Source: an uncultured Chloroflexota bacterium
GTDB lineage: Bacteria; Chloroflexota; Chloroflexia; Thermomicrobiales; UBA6265
Reading direction: 5' to 3'
DNA: 64,000 nt
Assembly (NCBI GenBank): GCA_937901745.1
Contig: CALGSZ010000158.1
Location: 4,515-68,514 of the forward strand
Below, piece after piece: positions 18,182 through 27,235 of this stretch. Both the position numbers and the translations under genes were made by a program. The first letter of the stretch is position 1, and each line of letters opens with the position of its first letter. A model generated the notes under the pieces. It ran no database searches, was not told the origin of the DNA, and worked only from the letters and a program-made list of their open reading frames with translations.

Positions 18182-20713
18182 ATGCCTGGCGAGCGCCAGC
18201 CGCTCTACTACACCTTCGGCAACCACATGCATTGGGTCGATATGGAGTGGCTTTGGGGCTATTTCGTCCTGCCCGCTTCCGTCCGCGACATGCTCGACTT
18301 CTGCGAGAAGACGGGCGTCAAAGGCAACGTCAATTTCGAGGGCATCGGTTACGAGAAGCTGGCGGTCGAGGCGCCGGAGGCGCTCGCCGCGCTGCGCGAG
18401 GCGGTGCAGCGCGGGCAGATCGAAGTGGTCGGCGCATCGTACGGCCAGCCGTATGGCCTCTTCCATGGCGGCGAGTCGAACGTGCGGCAGCGCGTCTACG
18501 GCGCGCGCGCCGTCCGGCGGCTGCTCGGTGTTTGGCCGAAGACGTTCTGGGAGGAGGAGTTCGATTTCTTCCCCCAGTTGCCGCAGATCTTGACGAGCGC
18601 AGGATTCTCCTACGCCTCGCTCTTCTTTCAGTGGACGTGGCATACGCCGGAGGTGCCGAAGGAGCCGATCCCAGCCATCTGGTGGGAGGGGCAGGACGGG
18701 ACGCGAATCCTGACCGCTACCCGCAACGCGCTCAACCTGCACCAGTGGCCGGAGGATTTTCAGGCGCTGCTTGGCAGCTCGGTGCCGCGCGAGATGCCGG
18801 CGGCGGGCATCGTCCAGTGGCTGGAGCTGATGCCGTCGCCGGACTGGATGTGCCGCTCGGAGCTGATGCTGCCGCCGCTCCGAGAGCTGCTGGCCCGCGA
18901 CGATCTGGACGTGCGGCCGGTGACGCTCTCTGAGTACCTGGAGATCGCGAAACCCTACGCCGAGGTGCGCCGCTACACGATGGACGATGTCTTCCACGGC
19001 ATGAGCCTCGGGAAGAACGGGGACCGGATGCGGCGAATGAGCCGGCAGGGGGAGGCGGACCTGCTGACCGGCGAGGCGCTTTCGACGATCGTCGGCTTCT
19101 TCGGGCGGCCGTATCCGAGCTGGAACGTCTATCCCACGTGGGAGCTGGAGGAAGGCTGGCGGGAGCTACTTTCCGCCCAGCACCACGACAACGACGAGTG
19201 CGAGGGGTTGAACGGGCACATCGGCTACCGCTCGTATGAGCGCAGCCGCGGGCTCGTCGAGCACGTCATCACCCGCACGCTGCAGAAGCTGGCGGACCGC
19301 TCGCCCGGTGCGCCCGGCCGCGTGCTGATCCATAACCCGCTCGGCTGGACGCGCGACACCGTCGTTCCGGTGCCAGGGCAGCCGTACCCGGTCCAGGTCA
19401 AGGACCTGCCGCCCTTCGGCTTCCGGGTGCTTTCCCCGGCGGAGATGGCCGATTCGATCATCCGCCGCCACGGCATCAAGGTCGAGGAAGGGCAGAACAG
19501 CGTCACCCTGCGGCGCGGCGAGCTGGCGGTCACTGTCGATCGCGAGCGGGGCGTGATTCGCCAAATTCGCAGCGCGGAGTTCCCGGATGGGGTGCTCGAC
19601 CAGGAGGTCGGCTTCGGCGATCTGCGGATGACGCGGCAAGGCGCGGTGGAGACCTTCCCGAAGGTGACGGTCGCCGTCAAGGATGGAGGGCACTGGGGAC
19701 CAGAGATCGTCATCACCCGCGAGGGGCAGGATCACGCGCGGGTGGAGGTGGTCGTCGCGTTGCCGCTCGACATCGAGGCAGTGGATGTCCGGTTCAGCGC
19801 CCACGACCTGCCGCGACCGGACGGTCGGATGCATGCCTCGCTGCAGACGGCGATCGCGGTGAATCTCGCCTCGTACCGCCTGATCCACGATCATCCGTAT
19901 GGGCTGAGCGAGATCAAGGCTGAGGGGACGTACCTGCGGAAATATCCGACGGGCGACTGGATGACCTCGCCGCAGGAGTTCGAGACGATCGTCAATCCGT
20001 TCACGGCGTACAGCCTGCTCGATTTCGACGCGGGCGACCGGGGGCTGCTGCTGCTCCACGACGGTAGTCAAGCGATGTTCCGGGATGGCAACGTCGTGCG
20101 GACGATCCTCACGATGTACGACCCGTGGGACGAGGAGTATTTCATCAATAACTTCAACGCCGAGTTTCGGCTCGTGCCGCACGGCGCTTTGCGGCACGCC
20201 GACCGCTGGCGGCTGGCGCAGGAGTTCGAGCGGCCGCCGCGCCTGGCGACCAGCAGCCGTCCCGGCGGTGACTTGCCGACCGTCTTTGGGCCGCTCTGGT
20301 GCGATGCGCCGGGGGTGGCGGTGACAGCGCTTTATCGCGAGGAGCCGGAGGCCGGGTACGGGCTGGAGCGCTACGCGGGCGAGGGGATCGCCTACCCGGT
20401 CATCGTCCGGCTCGTCGAGTTCAATGGCGAGCCCGCGACCGCGCACCTGTTGGTCCCCGGACCGGTCGCGAAAGCGGTGCGAGCGACGGTGCGGGGGGAC
20501 GCGCTGGCGGATGTGCCGATGGAGCCGGCGAGCCCGCCCGCCGGGCACGACGCGCCGGCAGAGTGGACGCGGCTGGCGGTGGAGATGCGGCCGTACGAAA
20601 TCGCGACGATCTATCTCGATCCGGTGCTGGCGCGGAAGGTGAGCCGCAACTTGGACGAGTATCGGTCGGTCTGGGCGACGGTGCACCGGGTCGGAGAAAC
20701 GACGAGCGAATGA
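18182..20713 (+). CDS. glycoside hydrolase family 38-like protein (alpha-mannosidase-like)
   Basis: N-terminal GNHMHWVDMEW, QIEVVGASYGQPYGLFHGGESNVRQ and FFPQLPQILTSAGF resemble the GH38 N-domain blocks (H-x-H-x-D, GGxW..D..GES.IRQ, LPQIL). ATG at 18182 follows GAGGAG; the longest ORF starts at 18161. Confidence 0.6.
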   Translation: MPGERQPLYYTFGNHMHWVDMEWLWGYFVLPASVRDMLDFCEKTGVKGNVNFEGIGYEKLAVEAPEALAALREAVQRGQIEVVGASYGQPYGLFHGGESNVRQRVYGARAVRRLLGVWPKTFWEEEFDFFPQLPQILTSAGFSYASLFFQWTWHTPEVPKEPIPAIWWEGQDGTRILTATRNALNLHQWPEDFQALLGSSVPREMPAAGIVQWLELMPSPDWMCRSELMLPPLRELLARDDLDVRPVTLSEYLEIAKPYAEVRRYTMDDVFHGMSLGKNGDRMRRMSRQGEADLLTGEALSTIVGFFGRPYPSWNVYPTWELEEGWRELLSAQHHDNDECEGLNGHIGYRSYERSRGLVEHVITRTLQKLADRSPGAPGRVLIHNPLGWTRDTVVPVPGQPYPVQVKDLPPFGFRVLSPAEMADSIIRRHGIKVEEGQNSVTLRRGELAVTVDRERGVIRQIRSAEFPDGVLDQEVGFGDLRMTRQGAVETFPKVTVAVKDGGHWGPEIVITREGQDHARVEVVVALPLDIEAVDVRFSAHDLPRPDGRMHASLQTAIAVNLASYRLIHDHPYGLSEIKAEGTYLRKYPTGDWMTSPQEFETIVNPFTAYSLLDFDAGDRGLLLLHDGSQAMFRDGNVVRTILTMYDPWDEEYFINNFNAEFRLVPHGALRHADRWRLAQEFERPPRLATSSRPGGDLPTVFGPLWCDAPGVAVTALYREEPEAGYGLERYAGEGIAYPVIVRLVEFNGEPATAHLLVPGPVAKAVRATVRGDALADVPMEPASPPAGHDAPAEWTRLAVEMRPYEIATIYLDPVLARKVSRNLDEYRSVWATVHRVGETTSE

Positions 20714-20800
20714 GGTACGTCGCGTCCGGGTGGCGTGGCATCGTGGCTAGGTCTCGCGATTGGTTCATGAATGATGACGGCAGAGGAGTGAGGGGGCAGT

Positions 20801-21946
20801 ATGACGCTCGAGCATGGCGCGCATCGTGACTTTCAGACGACGGCGCGGCCGCCCCGGTTCACGAAGACGACGTCCCTGGATGAGCAGCTTGGCGTTGGCG
20901 TGGTTGGGCTGAATGAGGGGCGGACGCTGCTCGTCGCGCTCGATCGCGCGCCACATGCCCGCGCGGTCGCCGGCTGCGACCTGAGCGAGGAGAAGATCGA
21001 GGCGACGCGCCGGGACTGCCCCGATCTCTTCTATACGACGTCGTATGACGAGCTGCTGGCTCATCCCGAGGTGCGCATCGTCGCGATCTACACTCCGGAC
21101 CCGCTCCACGGCGAGCACATCGTCCGCGCGTTCGAGGCCGGGAAGGACGTGATCTGCACGAAGCCGGTCGTCAACTCCTTCGCCGATGCGCGCCGAGTGC
21201 TGGAGGCTGGTCGGCGGACTGGACGCAAGCTCCTCGTCGGGCAGAGCATCCGGTTCTTCGAGTCGTTCATGCGCCAGCGGGCCGCCTACGAGCGGGGAGA
21301 GATCGGCCAGCCGGAGCTGGTGGACGCGCATTACATCCATCGGATGGACTGGTACTACGACAAGAGCGCGTGGGCGGTGGCGGAGACGGATTGGGTCTTC
21401 CTGGGACTCAGCCATCCGGTCGATCTCGTCCGCTGGTATCTCGGCCGGATCGAAGAGGTGCACGCGCTCGGCTACCGCTCGGCGCTGGCAAACGAGTACG
21501 GGGTGCGCGGGTTCGACGTCTACATCGTCAATCTGCGCGCCGCTGATGGGCGGATCGGCCGGGTGATGGGGCACTACGGGCTGCACGAGCTCCCGTCCGC
21601 GCGGAACGCGATCGAGCTCGTGCTGTACGGCTCGGAAGGGACGAGCATGGCCCAGTACCACGACATGCGCTACTGGCACACACTGCCAGACGGGACCGAA
21701 GTCAAGGAGGACATGCTCTACGCTCGCCGCGCCTACTACTTCAACAACGACGTGCATGGCATGCACTACGGCGAGTTCGCGAACTACACGGATTATTTCG
21801 CGCGGGCGTTGATGAGCGGCGCGCCGTACTCGCCGGACCTGGAAGAGGGGATCGAGACGTTCTGCGTGATGGAGGCGATCCGCCAATCAGCGGAAAGCGG
21901 CGCGCCGGTGAAGGTCGCGCCGCTGCTCGCCGAGATCGGGTTGTGA
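20801..21946 (+). CDS. Gfo/Idh/MocA family oxidoreductase
   Basis: Rossmann N-terminus LGVGVVGLNEGRTL, with IVAIYTPDPLHGEH and GKDVICTKP blocks typical of this family. Confidence 0.85.
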   Translation: MTLEHGAHRDFQTTARPPRFTKTTSLDEQLGVGVVGLNEGRTLLVALDRAPHARAVAGCDLSEEKIEATRRDCPDLFYTTSYDELLAHPEVRIVAIYTPDPLHGEHIVRAFEAGKDVICTKPVVNSFADARRVLEAGRRTGRKLLVGQSIRFFESFMRQRAAYERGEIGQPELVDAHYIHRMDWYYDKSAWAVAETDWVFLGLSHPVDLVRWYLGRIEEVHALGYRSALANEYGVRGFDVYIVNLRAADGRIGRVMGHYGLHELPSARNAIELVLYGSEGTSMAQYHDMRYWHTLPDGTEVKEDMLYARRAYYFNNDVHGMHYGEFANYTDYFARALMSGAPYSPDLEEGIETFCVMEAIRQSAESGAPVKVAPLLAEIGL

Positions 21947-21967
21947 GGTAACTCTCGCGATTCGTGA

Positions 21968-22010
21968 CGATCGCGGCCGCGGGATCAGGCTCGAAACGCG
22001 GCCGCGATCG
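21968..22010. terminator. 14-bp perfect GC-rich hairpin between convergent genes (bidirectional terminator candidate)
   Basis: CGATCGCGGCCGCG (21968-21981) pairs with CGCGGCCGCGATCG (21997-22010), with a 15-nt loop. Confidence 0.5.
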
Positions 22011-22017
22011 CGAGGGA

Positions 22018-22677
22018 TTACGCCGCGGACCGGCGCAGCGCCCACGTGGCAAGGCCGGCGAGCGCCAGCAGGGAAGCGAAGACCGAGATCAGGCCCAGCT
22101 GGCGCGTGGTGTCGAGCGCGGTCGTTCCGGCGCCGGTGCTCGGCAGCTGTTCAACGTCTTCACCGTCATCAACGTCATCACCACCGCCTGCCGGGATGTT
22201 GTACCACTCGCAGGCGATCTCATCACCGGTCTCGAACTCGAAGCTGATGCCCAGCAACGGTCCGCCCGGCTCGAAGTCGATCGTCTCGTAGCTGAAATCG
22301 AGCGCTTCTCCGCCATTCTTGGAGCAGAAGACAGCGTAATCGAGACCCTCCGCCGCCGGCTCGCCAACAACGACGGGATTAGGACCTTCCGGGTTGAGAT
22401 CGAAGTTCGCGAGCGAGAAGGTCACCAGGCCGTCGCCACGGGAGGTTGTCATCTCGACGTTGTCGGTGTGCGGCGTCGCGAGCGCGAAGTCGATGCCTTC
22501 GGCTGGGGTTGTGCAATCTTCGGCATAGTTATCGCCGGCGTAGCCCTCCGGGCACGTGGCAACGCCGATGATGAGCGAGCCCGCGTTGTCTTGGGCAGCC
22601 GCGGAAGGCGCATGCGCTGCCAACGAGGCGATGGCAAGACCGAGCATCGCTACCACGGCGAGGAATCGAAAACGCAT
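22018..22677 (-). CDS. secreted LPXTG-anchored surface protein
   Basis: Signal peptide MRFRFLAVVAMLGLAIASLAAHAPSAAAQD. The C-terminus has LPSTG, a hydrophobic stretch (LGLISVFASLLALAGLATWAL) and an RRS tail, which is a canonical sortase sorting signal. Confidence 0.8.
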   Translation of the reverse strand: MRFRFLAVVAMLGLAIASLAAHAPSAAAQDNAGSLIIGVATCPEGYAGDNYAEDCTTPAEGIDFALATPHTDNVEMTTSRGDGLVTFSLANFDLNPEGPNPVVVGEPAAEGLDYAVFCSKNGGEALDFSYETIDFEPGGPLLGISFEFETGDEIACEWYNIPAGGGDDVDDGEDVEQLPSTGAGTTALDTTRQLGLISVFASLLALAGLATWALRRSAA

Positions 22678-22875
22678 TCCACTCTCCCCCCTGTACGTTC
22701 CTTCACTACCGGATCGGTGCCGTCTGAACCGCTGTGGCCACCTCCTTTCGTGCCCGCGACCTCGGCGAGACAGAGTCCACCGCTGGCCGGTTGGACTCGA
22801 AGGCTGGAACGACTGACGCGTTTGGTTGGTTTCGCGACATTGGGGGCGGGCGTATCACGGGGGTGCGAAAAGGAT

Positions 22876-22925
22876 CGCGGTCTCGGTGCGTTCCCCGTCA
22901 TTGGGCGAAGGGAGCCGAGACCGCG
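22876..22925 (-). terminator. terminator candidate at the end of the long minus-strand operon
   Basis: CGCGGTCTCGG (22876-22886) pairs with CCGAGACCGCG (22915-22925). On the minus strand the hairpin is followed by atccTTTTcg. Confidence 0.45.
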
Positions 22926-22956
22926 CTGGAGAGAGATGCGTAGAGGTGCGCCGCGC

Positions 22957-24117
22957 TTACGAGGCTCGGCGGCTGCTGCGGTAGAGATCGTCCAGAGCGT
23001 CGAGTGTTTCGTCGATGTCGCCGCCGTCGCGCAGGAAGGCGTTAATCAGGTCGCCGCTGCGCTCTTGGACGGGCAGGTAGCCGTTGTAGCGGGGGCGAAG
23101 GTAGGCGCGGTCGAGGCTGTCGAGCGTATCGCGGAAGAAGTCGGAGGAAGCCTCATTGACGGCGTCATCCAGCCAGGCGCTCCGGTGACCCGGCTGCCCG
23201 CCAGCGGTGAAGTAGATCGTCCGCTGGATCTCGCCGCTGGCGGCGAAGCGCGCGAAGTCGGCGGCGGCCTCGGGATGTTGGGTCCGGCTCGAGATGGCCA
23301 GGCCGGCGCCGCCCAGGATGCCGCCGCGCGACGGACCGCCGCCGACGGTCGGGACGCCGGTGAACTTGACGATGTGCGTGCGGAAGCCAGGCCGCCCGTA
23401 GTTCGAGTAGCCGAAGAGGAGCGGAATGTAGGCGATCTCGTCGGTCGTGCTCATCCGGTCGAGCGTCTTCGGCGGGTTCCAAGAAAGGGACTCCGGATGG
23501 GCGGCGGCGACCAGGGCTCGCAGCATCTGCAGCGCCTGGCGACCCATGCTCCGGCTGACGATGCAGTTGTCAGTCGCAAAGGGTTCCTCGCCGTGTGCGG
23601 TGCAGATCGAGCAGAAGCACATGATGGCGTCGGTCGGGACGAGGGGTACCGCGACGCGAGCGGTCTCCTTATCGCGCCGCATCTCGGCCGCGCGGATGAC
23701 GTCGTCCCAGGTGCGGGGCAGGCCGCCAATCTGATCGAGGAGATCGGGCCGGTAGGCTGCGACGTGTCCGGCGGCGTCGGTCGCGAGTGCCCATTGATGG
23801 CCGTCATAGACGTAGCTGCGGTGGCTCGGGCCGACGCTGTTTGCCGCCTGGTCCGCGAGGAAGGCCTCATCCAGGTATTCGTCGAGGGGAAGGAGGCAGC
23901 CGTCGGCGGCGGCGAAACCGACGAATGGGTGATCGATGATGAGGAGGTCATAGCGATCGGTGAGGCGCTCGATCGGCAGATCGCCGAAATCCTTCAGGCT
24001 GCGCGTATCCCAGGTGATGCGCACCTGAGGGTTGCGTTCCATGTACGCCTCGGACGTCGCGACCATGCAATCGTGGCCGCGGGGATGATCCCAACTAATT
24101 CCGCGTAGCTCGATCAT
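22957..24117 (-). CDS. solute-binding-protein-like protein lacking any signal peptide (predicted cytoplasmic)
   Basis: SBP_bac_1-like blocks (YDLLIIDHPFVG, WALATDAAGHVAAYRPDLL, GGAGLAISSRTQHPEAA). The N-terminus MIELRGISWDHPRGHD has no hydrophobic or Tat signal. RBS GAAGGGGA. Confidence 0.75.
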   Translation of the reverse strand: MIELRGISWDHPRGHDCMVATSEAYMERNPQVRITWDTRSLKDFGDLPIERLTDRYDLLIIDHPFVGFAAADGCLLPLDEYLDEAFLADQAANSVGPSHRSYVYDGHQWALATDAAGHVAAYRPDLLDQIGGLPRTWDDVIRAAEMRRDKETARVAVPLVPTDAIMCFCSICTAHGEEPFATDNCIVSRSMGRQALQMLRALVAAAHPESLSWNPPKTLDRMSTTDEIAYIPLLFGYSNYGRPGFRTHIVKFTGVPTVGGGPSRGGILGGAGLAISSRTQHPEAAADFARFAASGEIQRTIYFTAGGQPGHRSAWLDDAVNEASSDFFRDTLDSLDRAYLRPRYNGYLPVQERSGDLINAFLRDGGDIDETLDALDDLYRSSRRAS

Positions 24118-24246
24118 CTGATCCCCTTCGTTTGCCGAAGTCCAGTAGCCAATAGCCGAGAGCGGAGATTCCTGTCGCGGCTCGTCGTGGCCGGAGGCGA
24201 TGACCGGTTGGTCGTCGCGCGGGCGGCCGTGACGACGGCGTGGGAC

Positions 24247-26040
24247 TCACCGCTTAGTGCCGGTAGAGATGAGCTCGGTCACCGCCGCTTCTTCGCTCTC
24301 GATCAACGCGGAGAGCAGCGGGCCGCGCTCCTTGCCGGCGACGAATTCGAGCCGGCGCAGGCCGAGCGGATCGATTTCCTCGCGGATGAGGCGAAGCTGC
24401 TCGTCCGTCGGCGGCTCGGTCGTCGCGACGCTCGGAGCGAGCCGGAGCGGGAAGCCGGCGGCCGCTTGGACATCGTCCACGGTGACGCCGGGGTGGACCG
24501 AGGTTAGGGTCAGCTCGCGGGATGCCTCGTCCAGCTCGAAGACGCCGAGGTTGGTGATGAGCTTGACGTGGCCCGGCTGGTAGCCGGCGGCGATCCGCTC
24601 CTCATCGGTGAGGAGGCCACGGGCGGCGCTGATGTACTCGACGCGCTCGACGAGCGAGAGTGGCGATTGCCGTGTGAGATAGAGCAGGAAATGGCGGTGC
24701 ATGTTCGCCACGTCGGCCATGCCGCCCTGGCCTGGCAGCCGGATTTTCCGACCGCTCGGCGAAGTGACCTGGATGTTGTTCGTGTTCGCGTGGCGATCGA
24801 TCTGCGCCGCGCTGACGATCTCATGGGTGACGAGGCCGCGTTGGTAGTACCAATGGTAGCTCTCGTCGCCGCCGCAGTGGAAGACGGCCGTCTGGAAGTC
24901 GAGCGGCTCGGCGAGCGCCATCAGCATCGGGCGAGGCGCGACGTCGATCAGGCCGCCGTTGGATGTCATTAGCAGTAGGTTCGGCGCGTGCGTCCGCTTG
25001 GCGAGGAGGTACGCGGTCGTGGCCAGCGGCGAGACGGAGCCGACAGAGCAGACGCTCTCGTTGTCGAGCTGCCGCGCGATCCAGGCGACCATCACCTCGT
25101 CCACTGTCGCCGCGCCGGCTTCCGCTTCGCCTGTCCGGTGCTTGAGCAGCGCTGGCCCGGTGACCTTGGCAGACTCTACTTTCGCCGCGGCAGAGAGGAA
25201 GCGCTGCCGCTCCGGCTCGGGCGACTGTGGCTCCAGCGTTTCGGCGGACGTGAGCCGGTGCAGCTCGCGGTAGTCGGCGGCGTAGTAGGGGACGCAGGAA
25301 GTCGGGTAGGCGCCGAAGGGGACGTGCGCGACGGCGGTGACGAAGGATCGCCCGAGGATGAATGCACGTGGCGCGGCCGACCGCTGGAAGGTGCCGCGCG
25401 GGACGATCTCCTCAACGGTGACGAGGACGCGCCGCGCCGCGAACGCCATGCTCAGGTCGAGTCCGCGCGCGCCTTGGATCTCGACGTTGCCGTCCTCATC
25501 GGCGCGATGCGCGTGGAGGAGTAGGACATCCAGCGGCAGCGCCCGGGCCGCGCCGACCTGCTTGCCGGTGATGGGGTCCGGATACGGCGTGGCGAATCCG
25601 GAGCGTTCCACGATCTCGGAGCCGAGCGGGAGCGGGAAGGGCATGGAGGGGACGCCGTGCTGCGCGGCGTGGAAGCCCTGCATCATGCCCAGTGCGGTCC
25701 ATTCTTCCAGCTCGACGGTGCCGTCCTCGACCGCCTTCCGGAAACGGGGAGCGAGGCCGAAGACGTCGAGGCTGTTGAAGCAGAGCGCCATCTTGCGGAC
25801 GGCGCCTGCCTCCAGCAGCAGCTCCAGACCGAGGCTCCCGCCCCAGGAGACGTAGTCCAGGTCCTTGACGCCGCGGGCAATGACGGCCCGGATCAGCGCG
25901 ATCGGGAGGCGAGAGAAGTGGAACCCGCCGATGGCAAGGCGATCGCCGTCCCGGACGTGGGCCGCGAGATCGTCGAGGGAGACGATGCGCGGCTGCTGGG
26001 CCGGGACGCCGACGACGGCGCTGCCGCTTGTCGCGCTCAC
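24247..26040 (-). CDS. family I CoA-transferase, fused subunit A + subunit B (glutaconate/3-oxoacid CoA-transferase-like)
   Basis: The N-half (DGDRLAIGGFHFSRLPIALIRAVI) is GctA/AtoD-like. The C-half (VCSVGSVSPLATTAYLLAKRTHAPNLLLMTSNGG ... LPGQGGMADV) is GctB/AtoA-like. GTG at 26040 overlaps the upstream stop (GTGA). The ORF-track extension to 26844 is Arg-rich shadow overlapping the CaiB gene. Confidence 0.8.
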   Translation of the reverse strand: MSATSGSAVVGVPAQQPRIVSLDDLAAHVRDGDRLAIGGFHFSRLPIALIRAVIARGVKDLDYVSWGGSLGLELLLEAGAVRKMALCFNSLDVFGLAPRFRKAVEDGTVELEEWTALGMMQGFHAAQHGVPSMPFPLPLGSEIVERSGFATPYPDPITGKQVGAARALPLDVLLLHAHRADEDGNVEIQGARGLDLSMAFAARRVLVTVEEIVPRGTFQRSAAPRAFILGRSFVTAVAHVPFGAYPTSCVPYYAADYRELHRLTSAETLEPQSPEPERQRFLSAAAKVESAKVTGPALLKHRTGEAEAGAATVDEVMVAWIARQLDNESVCSVGSVSPLATTAYLLAKRTHAPNLLLMTSNGGLIDVAPRPMLMALAEPLDFQTAVFHCGGDESYHWYYQRGLVTHEIVSAAQIDRHANTNNIQVTSPSGRKIRLPGQGGMADVANMHRHFLLYLTRQSPLSLVERVEYISAARGLLTDEERIAAGYQPGHVKLITNLGVFELDEASRELTLTSVHPGVTVDDVQAAAGFPLRLAPSVATTEPPTDEQLRLIREEIDPLGLRRLEFVAGKERGPLLSALIESEEAAVTELISTGTKR

Positions 26041-27224
26041 CCCAACACGACTCCTTGCTCGCGCAGCTCCTTGATCTCTTCGTCGCTGTAGCCCGCGAAC
26101 TCCCGCAGCAGCTCGGCCGTGTGCTGGCCCGCCAGTGGCGCGGGGCGCCGGATCTCTCCCGGCGTTTCGCTGAACTTGACCGGGATGCCGATGCCGCGGA
26201 CCTTGCCCGCCTTGGGATGCTCCCACTCGACGATCATCTCGTTCTCCGCGACCTGCGGATCCTTCTCGACGTCCGCGAAGGTGTTGACCGGCGCGCACCA
26301 GATATCCTCGGCCAGCAGGATGTCGAGCCATTCCTGCGTGGTCTTGTTGATGAACGCCTTTTGGAAGTCGGCGCGGATCTCGTCGCGTCCTTCCATGACC
26401 TGTGAGGCGGTGCAGTCCTCGTAGCCGGGCACGCCGACGAGCTGCGCCAGCTTGTTGATCGGGTTCATCGCGATGGCGATGTAGCCGTCCTTGGTCTTGT
26501 AGAACCCGTACGGCGCGCCGAGATACGGGCCGGGGATGCCGCTGCGGCTGCGCTTCGGCAGTCCGCCGCCGTTGAGATAGACGCCGAACTCCTGGATGTG
26601 CAGGTTCATGATGGAGTTGAGGAGGTTGACGTCGACGCGCTGCCCTTTGCCGGTCCGCTCGCGCGCATAGAGGGCGGCGAGGATGCCATAGACGATGTGG
26701 AAGCCGGCGGTGAAGTCGGCTAGACCAACGGCGACGCCCTGCGGGGGATCGTCCTCGTTGCCGTTGAGGTACCCGACGCCAGCGACGGCTTGGACGAGCA
26801 GGTCTTGTCCCGGCCGCTTGACGTACGGCCCGGTTTGGCCCCACCCCGCGCTGGCGCAGTAGATCAGGCGCGGGAACTGCTTGGATAGCTCCTCGTACCC
26901 GAGACCGAGCCGCTCCATGACGCCGGGCCGGAAGTTCTCGACGACGACATCCGACTTGGCGATCAGGCGCAGCGCGACTTCTTTGCCGCGCGGGTGCTTG
27001 AGATCGAGGCAGATGCTTCGCTTATTGCGATTGAATGAGAGGAAGGAGACGCCTTCGCCTTCTAGAAAGAGATTGGCCATGCTCCAGTGGCGCATCCAGT
27101 CGCCCTTGGGCGGCTCGATCTTGATGATCTCCGCGCCCAGGTCGCCGAGCATCTGGGTAGCGAAGGGCCCCTGCGCCAGCTGGGTGAAGTCCGCGATTAC
27201 GAGTCCTTCGAGTGGTCCGGACAT
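26037..27224 (-). CDS. CaiB/BaiF family (family III) CoA-transferase
   Basis: LEGLVIADFTQLAQGPFATQMLGDLGAEIIKIEPP and VVVENFRPGVMERLGLGYEEL are hallmark family III blocks. ATG at 27224 follows AGGAGC. Confidence 0.9.
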   Translation of the reverse strand: MSGPLEGLVIADFTQLAQGPFATQMLGDLGAEIIKIEPPKGDWMRHWSMANLFLEGEGVSFLSFNRNKRSICLDLKHPRGKEVALRLIAKSDVVVENFRPGVMERLGLGYEELSKQFPRLIYCASAGWGQTGPYVKRPGQDLLVQAVAGVGYLNGNEDDPPQGVAVGLADFTAGFHIVYGILAALYARERTGKGQRVDVNLLNSIMNLHIQEFGVYLNGGGLPKRSRSGIPGPYLGAPYGFYKTKDGYIAIAMNPINKLAQLVGVPGYEDCTASQVMEGRDEIRADFQKAFINKTTQEWLDILLAEDIWCAPVNTFADVEKDPQVAENEMIVEWEHPKAGKVRGIGIPVKFSETPGEIRRPAPLAGQHTAELLREFAGYSDEEIKELREQGVVLG

Positions 27225-27235
27225 GTAGGTGCTCC

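Noticed and set aside
21964-24108. 714-aa plus-strand ORF
   Set aside because: It is antisense to two well-supported minus-strand genes (the LPXTG protein and the SBP homologue) and reads through a terminator hairpin. Composition is Arg/Gly/Ala-rich with no domain signature.
26041-26844. N-terminal 268-codon extension of the fused CoA-transferase ORF (ORF-track call 24247-26844)
   Set aside because: The extension overlaps the 3' half of the CaiB-type gene in another frame and is extremely Arg/Pro-rich. The GTG at 26040 forms a classical GTGA overlap with the CaiB stop and begins the recognisable GctA-like sequence.
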